From Takakia lepidozioides (taxonomy: Eukaryota > Plantae > Bryophyta), in NCBI GenBank assembly GCA_030704615.1, contig CM060732.1, forward strand, positions 44,020,001 to 44,084,000: a stretch of DNA of 64,000 nucleotides. Reading direction: 5' to 3'. Below the pieces are notes generated by a model, which was not told where the DNA came from, did no database searches, and was given only the letters and a program-made list of their open reading frames with translations. A program made the position numbers and the translations under genes. Below are positions 10,111 through 22,900 of this stretch, piece after piece. The stretch's first letter is position 1, and each line of letters starts with the position of its first letter.

Positions 10111-11102
10111 TTAGGATCAGTAAAACCTTTGTGAACGAGCACCCTTCTGCTGGTGAGAGTCCCTCGGAGGGCTCTGTGTGTGAGCCCGAGCCATGGCTTT
10201 GGCGGGGGCTGCTATTTCATGAGCGGCATGAGCATGAGCGAAAAAAAAAAAAAAAAAAAAAAAACATGAGCGAACAATTGTGTGTCCACGGAAATAGGGT
10301 TAGGAGGCACGACAATAGGGTCATCCGAAGCTGGAATGTGGCACAACTGGACTCGTCATAGCAATGAAATGCAACATTTTATTGCAAATTTTGTGGCAAG
10401 CCACATCTATATAAGTTGTCATAGCTGGAATGGGCATTACTCTCCTACACCCTCCGAGGAACGTGCCCCACCTTCCTCCTCATCCCCTTCATCCCCCCCA
10501 TCCTCCGAGCTCTAAGATGCATCAGTTCGACTATGCCTCTCAAAAATACCGTCCTCTCCTTGGGGGCGGACACCAACTACAACACATGGAAAGCTTCCAA
10601 ACGATTGGGAATTACAATGTACACGGATGACACACTATGAGCTAAAAAATAATCTCACGTGAAGGTAGTACCGGCCGAGATGGCCGTGATGACGATAGTG
10701 ATGAGGAAAGAACATGCACAACATGAGGAATGGAAGATGGGAATGATGGTGATGATGGGGGTGGCGATGTCGAGGATGACGAATGTATGTGCACAGGTGG
10801 CAAGCGCATGACCCGGTGCCCAAAAATAGAGAAACACGCATCGTACCTTACTACCTCACACACTGCATCTATGTCATGTTGCGAGAAAAAAATTGTTACA
10901 TCCGGAACATGATGGGCCTTGTAAGAAAGAAAAAACCCGCATCGGTATGCCTCTTGAACAAAAAGATTGCGAGCTTGGACATCAAGACGGGGCTGCAAGA
11001 TGCATGATATGAAATGCATCAATAATCAAACTGCACAGGCAACTCGCAGACGAATTAGCGTGGCGTCGCCGCGACCTCACTAAACCTCACTAAGCCCTTT
11101 AA

Positions 11103-11481
11103 AATATATATATTCAGTTATTTATTAATAACCTCAAGTATCTATTATCACATGAGAGGTTCATTTAGAGTAGGTGTTATTTGGGGAAGGCCCTTCTATA
11201 TATATATATATTCAGTTATTTATTAATAACCTCAAGTATCTATCATCTATGAGAGGTTCATTTAGAGCATGTGTTATTTGGGGAATGACTCATATCCTGA
11301 AATATTGCCCTTTATTTATATATATATATTCAGTTATTTATTAATAACCTTCAAATATCTATGAGGGGTTTATTTAGAGCAAGTGTTATTTGGGGAAGAC
11401 CCTTCATTCAATTATTTATTAATAACCTTTAAGTATCTACTATGGAGAGGTTCATTTAGAGAAGGTGTTATCTAGGGAAGG
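11103..11481 (+). repeat. AT-rich tandem repeat, 4 copies of ~75-115 bp
   Basis: Recurring TTATTTATTAATAACCT...GAGAGGTTCATTTAGAG...GTGTTATTTGGGGAA. Confidence 0.9.
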
Positions 11482-11755
11482 TATAACACTATAATAGGGA
11501 GTTGACACTTTGTTGTCAACGACACATTCCTCATTATGTGAGTAGAGAAGGTCTCAAGCACAAGTTTTTTAGCTACTATTTCTTTCCCTTGTTTTCATTG
11601 TTTTTAGGTAATCTTGTCTTCTCAGATAATATAATGCTTGCTGTCAATCTGCCTTACAAAATCACAACCACCACGAGAGTGAGGTCAAAAGAGGTTGGTA
11701 GCGTCAGCTGAAAGTTGTCGACAGCATCGGTCATGATGACATCCTGATTATAAGT

Positions 11756-13449
11756 TCTAAACCTATATTTTTTATTTTACAAAATGACAGATTTGAAAAT
11801 GCAGATTTGATATTACGATTTTAAAGTTGTACTTTTAGTTAGCTTCATTCCGATTCACAATGATAAAAGTTTGGTTTCATGAATATAAAATCTGAATTTT
11901 CATTTACTTGGTCGGCTCTCGAAAATTCGATTGAGAGGCACATTTGCACTTAGTCTCAAACCCTGAAATTATACGTTATGATGCAGTTTAGATAGTTTGA
12001 TTCAAATTAGTTTCATCTATTTTAGTTGCTACCATTGAATCACAACATTAATTTGACATTGTTGGTGGTTCACTATCACATTTCGAAATATTTTAATTGT
12101 CATTTTTAAAAGTTTAAATGTCGATTGCAAATGAAGATATGTTTTATAATATAAATTTGTTTGTTGTTGGTTTGTTGTTATATTTTTGAAGTTATTAGAT
12201 ATCATAGAAAAAAACTGAAATTAAATTTATTCCATAAATAAAGTACTCATATTAACAATATTTAGTTTTTTTCAAAATTTATAATACATATATTTTAAGA
12301 TGAATGTAGGTAATGTTTTTATTTTAGATATCTAATCATTAAAGGATTTATTTTATTCAATAACACCCACAGTTTTTTCAAAACCTTTAGTTTTTTTCAG
12401 ATCTCAGATCCCTTCAGGTCCCTTTAGATCCATCAATTTATATACAAATGAAAAATTAATTTTCATAAAACAATTGAGTTGTAGATTAAGCACTAATTTT
12501 GTTTTTTTAATAATTTAATCTCAATTGATTAAGTCTTTATTGTATAGATATTAATACAATTTTGTTGTTGGATTGTTGTTATCTTCTTGAAATTATTGCA
12601 TATCATTTGAAAAATTACTATAATTAGTCAATATATTTATTCTATAAAAATTACTCATATTTAGCAATCTCCAATTTTTCTTCAATTGTTCTAAATCTAT
12701 ATATAATCGAGATGTTCAAATTTTGACGTCAAAATAAAATGGAATATTCTTTCACAAATTCCCTATTTTTTCATGGATCAAATCACCAAACTTCTCCAAA
12801 TAAAAGATAAATTATAGATGTATTCGCCAAATATGAATGATATAAATTTATTACATTAGTGATCTGGATGAATGTCAGTGGATGAACAGAATGTACGGCT
12901 AGTTTTTGCAAAACTCTGTAGTCACTCGTGCTATTTTCCAAATTTCTTAAAAAAAACGCTAAGCGGGAATCTGAAATATATAGCTGCAACATTTAATTTG
13001 AATACCAAAAAAACATTCATATTATTGCGGTCTATAAACCTCCAACACTACAATTTTATTTTCTTATCTTCTTCCAAAAAGCTCATTGATAATATCCCAC
13101 ATACATGCCCAATGATAATAATATGGGATTTTTAATGTAGATATTTTATAAAATAATACTTCAACAATAAATCAATTGCAAAAATTTATGTTTTTCTTTT
13201 CATATGCAACTCCAATTTCCATTAGTACTACTATTTATGGATCTCAACTAGACCATGTTTGGACAAATGCACATCATCAACACTGCATGTAGCATTACAG
13301 AAGCATGTTGCACGGACCATAAACGTCATGTATTTATTGCTTTTAAATAACCTAATTACATTCCTTGCTACCAATATATCATCATCATAATACTCTAACA
13401 GGTAGTCACCATAAAGATGAGCCATTGCGCGACGAGCCGCTTGTTCTAG
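11756..13449 (+). mobile_element. Possible non-autonomous Helitron (AT-rich)
   Basis: Starts TCTAAACCTAT; ends with a degenerate GC-rich hairpin-like stretch (13419-13438) then CTAG|T (13446-13450); its internal segment 12730-12957 recurs at 48068-48303. Confidence 0.35.
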
Positions 13450-13854
13450 TGAAACGATTGAATAGACTGTATATATATTATTTTAATATGATTTATTTAT
13501 TTATTCAATAACATGTGATATTGTCGTACTTCTACTTTGGTCCCGATTTCGACCAAAAAGTCCAAGTCAAAAGTGAGTTGTATGCTCTAATAAAAGAAGA
13601 AGAAGAAGAAGAAGATGATGATGATGTTATTTATAGAGATTTTGGTTGGAATTATATCTCTAAGCTCAACCACTACTGCAAGCACCTTCCAAACCCAATT
13701 AGGCAAAAGCCCTTTGCGGTGGAGTTACGCTTGCTTCGGCAAGAGTCCTTCTCTCTTCCTCCTCCACTACGAGCACACGAGTGCAGAATTAAATCTAAGT
13801 ATTAATTCTAATATATTAAATCATCTTCTTCTTAGTGTGTATGTGTGTATACTA

Positions 13855-14058
13855 ATGACGAGAATGCAAGGTTTATCTCCTATACCAGGACATAAGAATG
13901 ATAGATTATTGTTCACTTTTGTTCTACCAATCATCATTATTGGATGTTTTTCCTTGGTATCAGCAATCGATTACACGCTCTACATCACTAATTCTATGAG
14001 TTACACGTTGAGTGTTACTTGCATATTAGATAATCCTGCACGTACGACCTCATCATTT
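13855..14058 (+). CDS. Possible first exon of a small secreted protein (S-protein-homolog-like N-terminus)
   Basis: Hydrophobic signal-like stretch LLFTFVLPIIIIGCFSLVSA, then IDYTLYITNSMSYTLSVTC, then a GTAAG donor; no downstream exon identified. Confidence 0.25.
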
Positions 14059-14529
14059 GTAAGAATTTTCTATCCCATTCCTGAATATCACCTTATAATT
14101 TTTCTTGTTCATTGTTTAACAAGTTGAACATGAGTGTCAATTCTTGACTTGCAATTTTTTCAGAATAATGCATACTCTATTTTAACCCTTAAGTAGCCAT
14201 TCGGCTTGTTTTGGGTCTTTGTTGTTTGTTTTTCTGGTGTGGTTTTCTCATATTTGAATGAAATGATCCAAAATTTTGAGCTGCTGATGCCATCACCTGA
14301 CGGATAAGAATCCAATGCATGATTTGTAGGATTTTTCGTTGAGCATTTCAATTTTCCAAATCAAAGGAAGAGAAGTCTAGTTTTTGTGGTAAGAATTTAG
14401 CATCCCCTGGCATGTGAGAAAACTCTCTTCATACATGAGAAAACGTCTTCCACAATATTTACCTAGTCTGCTATGACCAAGTGTTATTATCCCACCTTTT
14501 GCTCGGATTGCATTTTATTTTTTGGATTG

Positions 14530-15488
14530 GATGCAAGATCCGACATGGGAGAGGAAAGGGAAAAAAGATGTTGCTCAGGTGGGAGTTGAGGACAAGAGAG
14601 CAGTTACTGCGTGTGTTTCATCAAGTGCTGATGGGACCTTGTTACCACTTCAGATTATTTTCAAGGGTAAGACCCAAAGATCGTTGCCTAAGAGCCTTGA
14701 AAACAAAAGAATTATGACAAGAGGATTTCATCGCACTTTATCACACAATCATTGGTCCTCATTGGACACTTGTAAGCAATTCGTGGATTTTGTGCTCCTG
14801 CCTTATTTTGCATCGGAAAAGCTTTGGTTGGAGCTACTTGCCAATCAAAAAATGATTTGGCTATTGATTGCTGGAGTGTACACAAATCAGTTGAGTTCAT
14901 GACTTACATGAAAGAGACTCATCCCAATATTTGTCTCTTGTTTATTCCTGCCAATTGCACTTCGAAGTTGCAACCTGCCGATGTTATTTTGCAAAGACCA
15001 TTGAAATGTGTATTTTCAGCTTCATTCAAGAAATGGTCAGCTATGGATATCCAAGAGCAAATACAAAAGGACATCCCTGCAGGAGATGTTGTGCTTAAAA
15101 CAAATTGCCTACAATGCGTGAGTTTGTGCCATTGATTTGGTTATACGAAGCTTCGGTACAAGTGGGTTGCCATATGGAGCTGATTGTTTCAGGTTGGAGA
15201 CACTGTGGCATTCTTCGAGCTTTTGAGTTTCAGTTTCAGTGTGAGGCTATGAGAGCCAATTTTACAGAGCCTTTGTTTACAGCCACAACTCCTCAAGAGG
15301 AAGTGGAAATGACTCTTAGTTGCTCAGAGGTGCCAGATTTCTATCTTGATGTTGAGGTGGTGGAGAGCATGAGTCGCTGCCTTGGAAATTTGCACATTGA
15401 AGACTCAGATGTATCTGAGTTGATGGGGATGAAGACTTCAATGATGAGCATATGCAAGATGTTTGACACTCATTGGAAGGTCCTTTAG
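14530..15488 (+). pseudogene. Pogo/Tigger-like (DDE_1) transposase fragment, frameshifted
   Basis: EDKRAVTACVSSSADGTLLPLQIIFKGKT, NHWSS, DCWSVHKS, LFIPANCTSKLQPADV..QRPLK, IVSGWRHCGI. Confidence 0.85.
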
Positions 15489-15708
15489 AGGTTGTATGGA
15501 CCTAAGGAGTTGGCCTATACATTTTGAACATTTATGGAGGCATTGTTATTTGTTTTCAATAGAAATTATATAGAGTAGGATTTTTTTAGACAATTTTACT
15601 GAATTAGGCACTTTCATATTATTTTTCCAACCTTTCAGCCATAAATCTTGAAAAATCACAGATTTGCTTAGGCATTTAATTTTTTTTTAAATGTGTGCCT
15701 AATCTGCT

Positions 15709-16500
15709 ATGAACCTACGGTATCTCAAGGCCTCGGGGATGAAGATCATCAAAACGTGGAATGGTTTGAACAGCCTGTACCTGACAAAGAGTGACTGTTC
15801 GGGACAAATGGTAATCCTCATTCTCTTGCCTGCTTCATTTCAAGTGCAAGTTCACCCCTCCGGAATTGAGTGCGTCAACGCACTCAATTTCGGAGGGGCA
15901 AACTTGCATTGTTCTTTTGCGATTTTGTATGCATTGGCTCATATGTGCTTTATGTTGTCTTGTGTATTGCAGACCCGCTTTTTTGAAGCCGTGTGCCTCA
16001 TCAGGGTGCACCCTGCTTCCACTCCTGCATCAGTGAAGGAGTTCAGATTTCATGAGGGAGGTTGTTTCATCAACGACACGCACTACAATTACGTGGATTC
16101 CAATTTGTGTTTGAGAAAGTCCAATTCCACACCATGGAGAGGGGCCAAAGAGAAGAGCCCAGCTTTTATTCAGACAATTATAGAGACATGTTCCCATCCG
16201 GGGGCACGCATCGTGGACCTCACTCTTGGAACAGGTTTCACCCCGATCATTTTTGGGTGTTTTTTTCTTGTTACAGAGTTTGTTACAACTTGCTAACATT
16301 ATCGTGTCTTGCAGGAGCTTCGTACCATGCTTGCAAGGCAGCGGGCAGACATTTGTTTAGTATGGAAGGGGATGCGGCCATTTTCAGTGACCTCCTCCAG
16401 AACTTGCAAGGGCCAGCGCCCGCCGCCCAAGAACAGGAGGGTATAGTGCTTGTCGATATCAACGAGGGAGATGACAAAGACCTGGACGACGATTTCGCAT
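15709..16500 (+). pseudogene. Beta-class DNA amino-methyltransferase-like gene, copy 2 (5'-truncated)
   Basis: Exons ~15709-15810, 15973-16234 and 16315-16500 splice to PWRGAKEKSPAFIQTIIETCSHPGARIVDLTLGTGASYHACKAAGRHLFSMEGD, a SAM-binding motif X-I-II pattern; clearly homologous to copy 1. Confidence 0.8.
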
Positions 16501-17825
16501 GTGAGTAAGTTGAATTTGTGTACGCATCCGAGTTCTCCCGCGCAACCCCCCCCCCCCCCCCCTTCTTTTTCATGGTAGCTAATGCAATGCATGCAATTTG
16601 GGTGGCAGGATATTGGAAGCTATTCCTTTGCACGATGTCTCTGTTCTTTAGAGTGACTTGTGGTGCACCCTCCATGTTCATACATCCTACTGGTAGACTA
16701 TGTGGAGGCCATTGCTCGACAGCAGTGTTTCATGATATCTCCCCCATGTGCTCGGAAGCACAACAGGCACCTCGGAGCTCGGGTTTCCGTCGATGATAGT
16801 GCCCAAGTTTCAAGGGATAGTTGTAGTGACTGAGACCTAAACTTCATCTTTTTTGGGTCTCGTGATGTGGCGAGTGTCACATATATTGTTTCCCTACAAA
16901 ATTTTATAATAAAATGGCTGCATAGGAAAGTGTGTTCTTGGTAATGTCGTTGAATGATGGTTTCTCAATTTCATGGCTTGTATGCATTTGCAACAGCGGC
17001 TTCTGTCTGGATTTAAGTTTGGATTTCGCATCAGTCTGGCAATCTGCATAAGCAAAGGGTTTAGGTGCAAGCCTTGGGGATGATGTACGTATGCACTCTC
17101 AGGTTCAGCGCAAGTTCAAGGGCACCACACTGATGCGTAACATTGGTTATGGGTCAAACATGAAGACAAAACATGTGCTGGCAAGTGGTTTCGTCAAATT
17201 TTTGTTGCACAATGTGAAAGACCTATAACTCCTCTTCATGTACAAGACCTGGAACTCCTCTTAATTTGTGATGTTTGTGCAAACGACATTGATCGTTGTG
17301 CTTGGTTTAGATAAATGTTAGAATGACATCCTCGTTCAACATTCATCCACTCTCGCCTTCATCCACGATATTTCGTCCACATTTGTCCACAACTTTTCAT
17401 CCACATTCATCCATATTTGGAGTGTCCCATCCACATTGGCTCTCCTTCTTCCTCATTAATTCATCCACAACCATTCTTCTATATTCGGTTTCTGCAAACA
17501 CTCAACAACATCCACAATTCAGCAACATTCAGTATAAGCTTTCTTTTGCATTTCACCTCATCACCCACATATCGTTCCCTATGTGCCGAATGCGCAAGTC
17601 CGCGGCTATAGGTCCCTTTCTGCCTGTTCGGTCCGCGGTTATAGACCCGTGCCTATGGAAATGACGTGGGTTGACGTAATGTGGCACCAACCATGCTGGC
17701 GAGGTCTACTACGTGGTGCTAGACCCGAGAGCCAACGTGGCAAGAACTGCTGATGTGGTGTGAGCCTGGCTGCGCTCACACGCTCACGCTCACACGCTCA
17801 CGTGGAAGCATTCCCCCAGGCCTCA
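15709..17825 (+). mobile_element. Right arm of a second, diverged MTase-carrying element
   Basis: Same order as element 1: MTase-like gene, CATCC-rich tract, CCGCGG motifs, ACGTGG motifs, GCTCAC repeats, terminal GGCCTCA (17819-17825). Confidence 0.65.
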
Positions 17826-19949
17826 ACAGCTAACAGATCACCATACTCACTACTGTTAGGCGACGTCAAACGAACAATAAGACTTGGGGCATCAAGACTG
17901 GTGGCAACAACCTCCTGTTCTTGGCTTGTAACACAACTAGACTTCCAAAAGCTTCCTAAGACTAGAGAGCTTCAAGCTCAACTCTTTAGGATCTAGCTCC
18001 CTCAAGCCATGCTAACAAGACTAAAACCATACAAGTCATACGCACATAGGAGGTTTGATATACCTTGACACACAAATTCCCAGCTACACTGTTGGCACAT
18101 CCAACACCTTGTAGACTGAAAATCCACATGTTCATCAAACGTATGTACCAAACCTTGGTTGAGCCTGCCTACCTGTCGCGTGGCGAGGCGTGAAAGGCCA
18201 ATTGTAGGGGCAGTGCATCATAGCCATGAAATAACTAAATGGTCAGGATTGAGGGTTAACCCAGCGTAGTCATGATACTTAACGCTATTAAACGGTATAA
18301 AGCTGAAAAATACTGAATGCTGAATATAATTGCCTGGATGGATGAATAAGGTAATAAAAGAACTAGGATGAAATGAGCCTTCACAAACCAATGTGATGTT
18401 GTTGTTCATGATGGTGGTTCTTTGTCTTTGTGTAAGTTGCCTAACATGTCTATTATGTGTGTGGCAGTGCATATTGTTGTTTGTTTGATGAGATAGGAAG
18501 TTGTTGTGAGCAAATAATGCAAACTTATCCATTGCAATATGACATTCACAAGCTTGACTTGGGAGCTCCGGGGCTGCATGTAGTGCATATGCAAATGCTA
18601 CTTGTTCAAGTCATTACTAAAACTAGCATTCAGCCCTTTTTGGTATTTTTGCATGACATTCATAAGATTGCATTGGGTATCATGTAATGCATTATATACA
18701 CATGCTATTCTGTTTCTAACCATTCAGTATAATTTGCATTCAGCTCCTTGCATTTCTGATCATTGTGGTTTTGGTTTCATGTAGCAATGCATCTATGTGC
18801 TAGTCCCCAACTTACAGCTGGATGCACACTCTACACATTGAGGGAGGATTTGCCCTTGCATGTCAAGCTGTCAATGGAACAACTTGGTGATCTTGACCCC
18901 ACACTTCTGTACTTCAATCAAATAGCCACTATCGAAAGGGGGCATAAGACGGAAGGTGAAGTGGCGTTTTAGTTCCGCCTTCACTCTGTCCTGGGAATTC
19001 GGTTGCGATGAAGGACATGGTTTGGCAGAGGTGAGATTAGAGGTGTACAAAGAAGCCCTGAAGCTCCCAAAACACAAATGCAAAACTGACCCTTCTTCCT
19101 ACCGAACTTGCAGGGATCTCAAAGCGGGCATGTGACAATTTAGAGTATCAGATTGGTGTGGGAGAGAATCCTTCATATGCATCAAGATCTCAAGAAAAAC
19201 CTGTGCCTCAGACGTGATTGTTATGGGAATTTGAAGAAGTTAAGGTCCGAGCCCTTGCATATCTGGACGGAGATGGGAAGAAATACGTGCTTCCGAGGTT
19301 TGGGGAAAGCACATCGTTCATCCTCCCATCGACCTTTGTTTCTTCATTCCACCCACAAATCTATCCATCTGTGGCGCCTCTTCTGAGGGCAGGGAGAGAG
19401 ATGAATAGAATGGTGCCTGAATAGTTGCTATGGTATTTGAAATTTGCGGTACCCAGGCCACGTTTTTTCGGAAAACTGCAGCCAAAGTTTGATTTCCCAC
19501 CTGGGCGGGCTACTCATTCCCTGGCTGTCCTCATAACTTGACACTCGTGCCGTGAGGAGCAAAAATGCTTGCCAGCATACCTGCATGCGACAGTCGCCTC
19601 CGAGCGACATTTGCGGTCTGCTGATATATTCTGTTGTGGTTCGACTTTGTCCCCCTCTAGGCCCCTATCGACAAAAAAACTGTGTTTCTGTATGCTGCTA
19701 CAAATAGTAGTGACTCTTGTTGAATCTTAAGCTTTGCTTACAAATTGGATTCTCCTTTGACAGATCTTTGGCACTTCCATGTTCAGATCGTCAACCTACC
19801 AGAGGTTTTACATCTCCCAGCCTGTGGCTGCACAAGCCTAATCGCAAACCCTTGAACACATTGTCTATGTGTCTGGCCACTATGGAAAGCCCAACTGTAT
19901 CTGTACCCTGTCATTTTTTCTTCAATCTAGAGCTTGCCTAATTCAAACT

Positions 19950-22900
19950 AATCTTTCAACTTGCGGGAAATTCTGTGCTCCCTTAAATATCCTACTAGGT
20001 ACTCCATACTGATCTTTCAACCTGGAGGAAGATTTGTGCTCCTACAGGGCAGATCAATACATGCCCACCTCGATATAGGATCACTAGTGCGAGCAATAAA
20101 TTCGTCGCTTGGAAATCAAACCGTGGCAACTCTAGAACGCTTGACGATGAGCATCTCTGTACAACAAGCACCGACGAGGCAGCCTTACCGCATGGTCTAA
20201 GGAAAGGAGCCTGGGCTCTCCCACCACGCCACATGGTATCAAAGCAAATGCTTCCCGTGTTCCACTAATGTGTTGAACTGTCTCATGGGGAAGGGGGTCT
20301 TAGTTACGCTGGTTTCGGCAGGTGTCGTCTCACCTCACTGCACAGACGCGCCAGGAACCCAATTCCACAAATGGTAGGACGAGCCGTTGAGTTTAGGACC
20401 CACAACAGCAGCAGCAGCAGTGGGCGCGCAGGGCTGTGCAGCAGCGGCCGCTTGAGCCTTGCGCGTGTGATGCAGGCCCACAATCTTCTCGCGGCACAGC
20501 GGGCAATTGACCAGCCCCTGCACACATGACAAACAAAACGATGCGTGCCCGCAAGTCTGTGCGTGCACAACATTGCCCTCATCAGCTCTGACCAGTTCTG
20601 TGTCTCTAAACACTCTTCAGGTCCTTCAGGAAAGAAAGAAAGAAAAATTGATTGTCACTAGAAGCTCAAAGAGCTTACATATGCCACAAATGAAAAAGCA
20701 ATCAATACAAGGTTCAAATAAACTTCCGTAACCTGATCAGAATATTGTAGAGTAAAATTGGGTTGTAAACCCTGTCCTTCAGAGTAAGGGTCGGCACAGT
20801 GCCCTCGCTTGTTGGAAAGCAAAGAAAGAAGTGTCCACTCCAGGGAAGCTCAAAGAGCTCGTGGGAAGCAGAAAACAACAAAAGTGGGGTGCCAGGCCAC
20901 CTACAATTCAGTTTCTCAGAGCCTTATGTAGATATTGAATTTACACCCTTTGTTAGTAGTGGATGTATAGTAGTAGCAGCCCAGGATGTTGTAGTAGAGA
21001 GGGTATCAAAAGAAGAAATGTGCTTCAGTCTCAATCTCCCGCCTGTCGTCTACCGCAAGGCGTTCGGCATGGTGCCGTCTGCCATGGAAAAGAAGGAAAG
21101 ATAAAGGGGGTCTGTAACTGATCAGCCATCTTTGGTACATCCTCATTATCAATCTTGGTTTAATATATGCAAGCTGGGCTCAGCCCCACAGAACTCTTTT
21201 CGTCAGTACACACCTATATCATTTCAAGAGCATTTATAGCACTTGTGATCCACCTCAGTAATAATGCAAGTCTGGATTTTATTGCTTCGAAGGATGTGAA
21301 CATGCACGCACAAGCTCAAATATTCTACTTGGCCAGCAAGGAGAAGGCTGCAGGATACGATAATGGGAAGAATGATACATACCATTAGGCGCACTCCTGC
21401 AGACTGCTCAAGGCAAACAATGCAAAGGCTGTCGTCTGAATCAATCTTGTTAGGTGACCCGTACAGACTGTATTCAGGCACTAACCCGGCCTCTCTTGGT
21501 GCAAAGGGAATGGCTGGTAGGCTCTCCCTCAGAAAGTCACATCTGGGAAAATCAAACGGGGTTGTTGATGAGTTCAATAGAGCGGCATTCGATGCATCCG
21601 ATCGGCCATCCTGGGAAAAATTGGGCACTTGCGGCAGGCCTCCGTTGCCAAAAATGCTGAACAAACTGGGGCCCAACTGGAAGGATCCTGCGACATTGCA
21701 GCTCCCCCTCTCGTGGGTCCCCTCCGACCAAAGACTGTTCTCGCTGGGGCTATTGCGGTCGGCAGAATCCGCCACTCCTCGGTTGTGTTGCAGCAGGCGT
21801 TGCTCCAGTCGCACCTGTTGCAGTGCTTGCTCGAGCGAGGCCACAGACTGCTGCAGACCCTGATCCATTAATTCCAACTCTGTTGCACAGGACTCGTCTC
21901 TTTCAGACTCCCCTTTCTGCTGCTGTTGTGTCACCTGCTGCTGAACCCGCCCTCTCCCAGCAATGTTTTCTGTTTCAAGATGTTATAACTCTCGAGGAGA
22001 AGTGGATTATGAGATGGACGAGGTACAACGGACCATCTGAATGATCGACCGCACTACCAAATTATGCATGGCACGGAGCCCTCGCTCTTTAGTTCTTGAG
22101 TGAAATTTTGCAACCTTGATAGATGTCTGATCCAAATCATGTATAGGACTTCCATATTAGCCTGGACACAATGTAACCACTGGGGAAATTTAATGCCAAG
22201 ACAATACAGCTGCTTCCTTAATACCTGTGCCTGCTGGGCCTGCCAATCGAAGAAGCTAGCATGCTGCGGCTGCACCAGTGTTCGGTGGTTCTGGCCATGC
22301 CCATCCAGTACCTGTCCAGCCTTCATGCGTTGCCCGTACAGATACGCATCATGATCCACAAGAAAATTTTATTAAAGTCTGCAACTTATACCTCTTTGTA
22401 GATTCACGAGAGCATTATCCATGGTGTAAGATTCACTAACTTTCTTCATTGAACTTGTACTTGTCTAAGACATCCACGGAAAGTGTCGCGTTCTCTCATC
22501 TTGTGAGTCCTTCACGTGTCTCACAATTTTCACTTTCAAAATGCGACTCGGGCTAGCCTTTTCAGCATCATATAAAGGTTTGTGCCTATAGCATAAATAG
22601 AACAATGTCCTGAGAATGAACGAGTAGAAGAGCACAGGATTTCGAGCATCCAGTAGTAATGCTACGCGCGTATGCAGTACTTATCGTGATCTTATATATA
22701 TAACAGCTACCAGCGTATAACGAAATGAAGTTCATTGAAATCTAGTTAGAAGCCCCAATTCAGGCAATGTTAGTGCGTTTGTACATCATTCTGCAGTTTG
22801 CAGGTATACCTGAGTTGCCTCTGCATGCATGATGGCCTGAGCTTGCTTGTGCTGCTGAGCAGCGGCTTGCGCCTGGTGCTGCTGCTGCAAGTGCTGCAGC

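Noticed and set aside
18780-19500. Coding-like remnant
   Set aside because: Short interrupted frames with no motif I can recognise.
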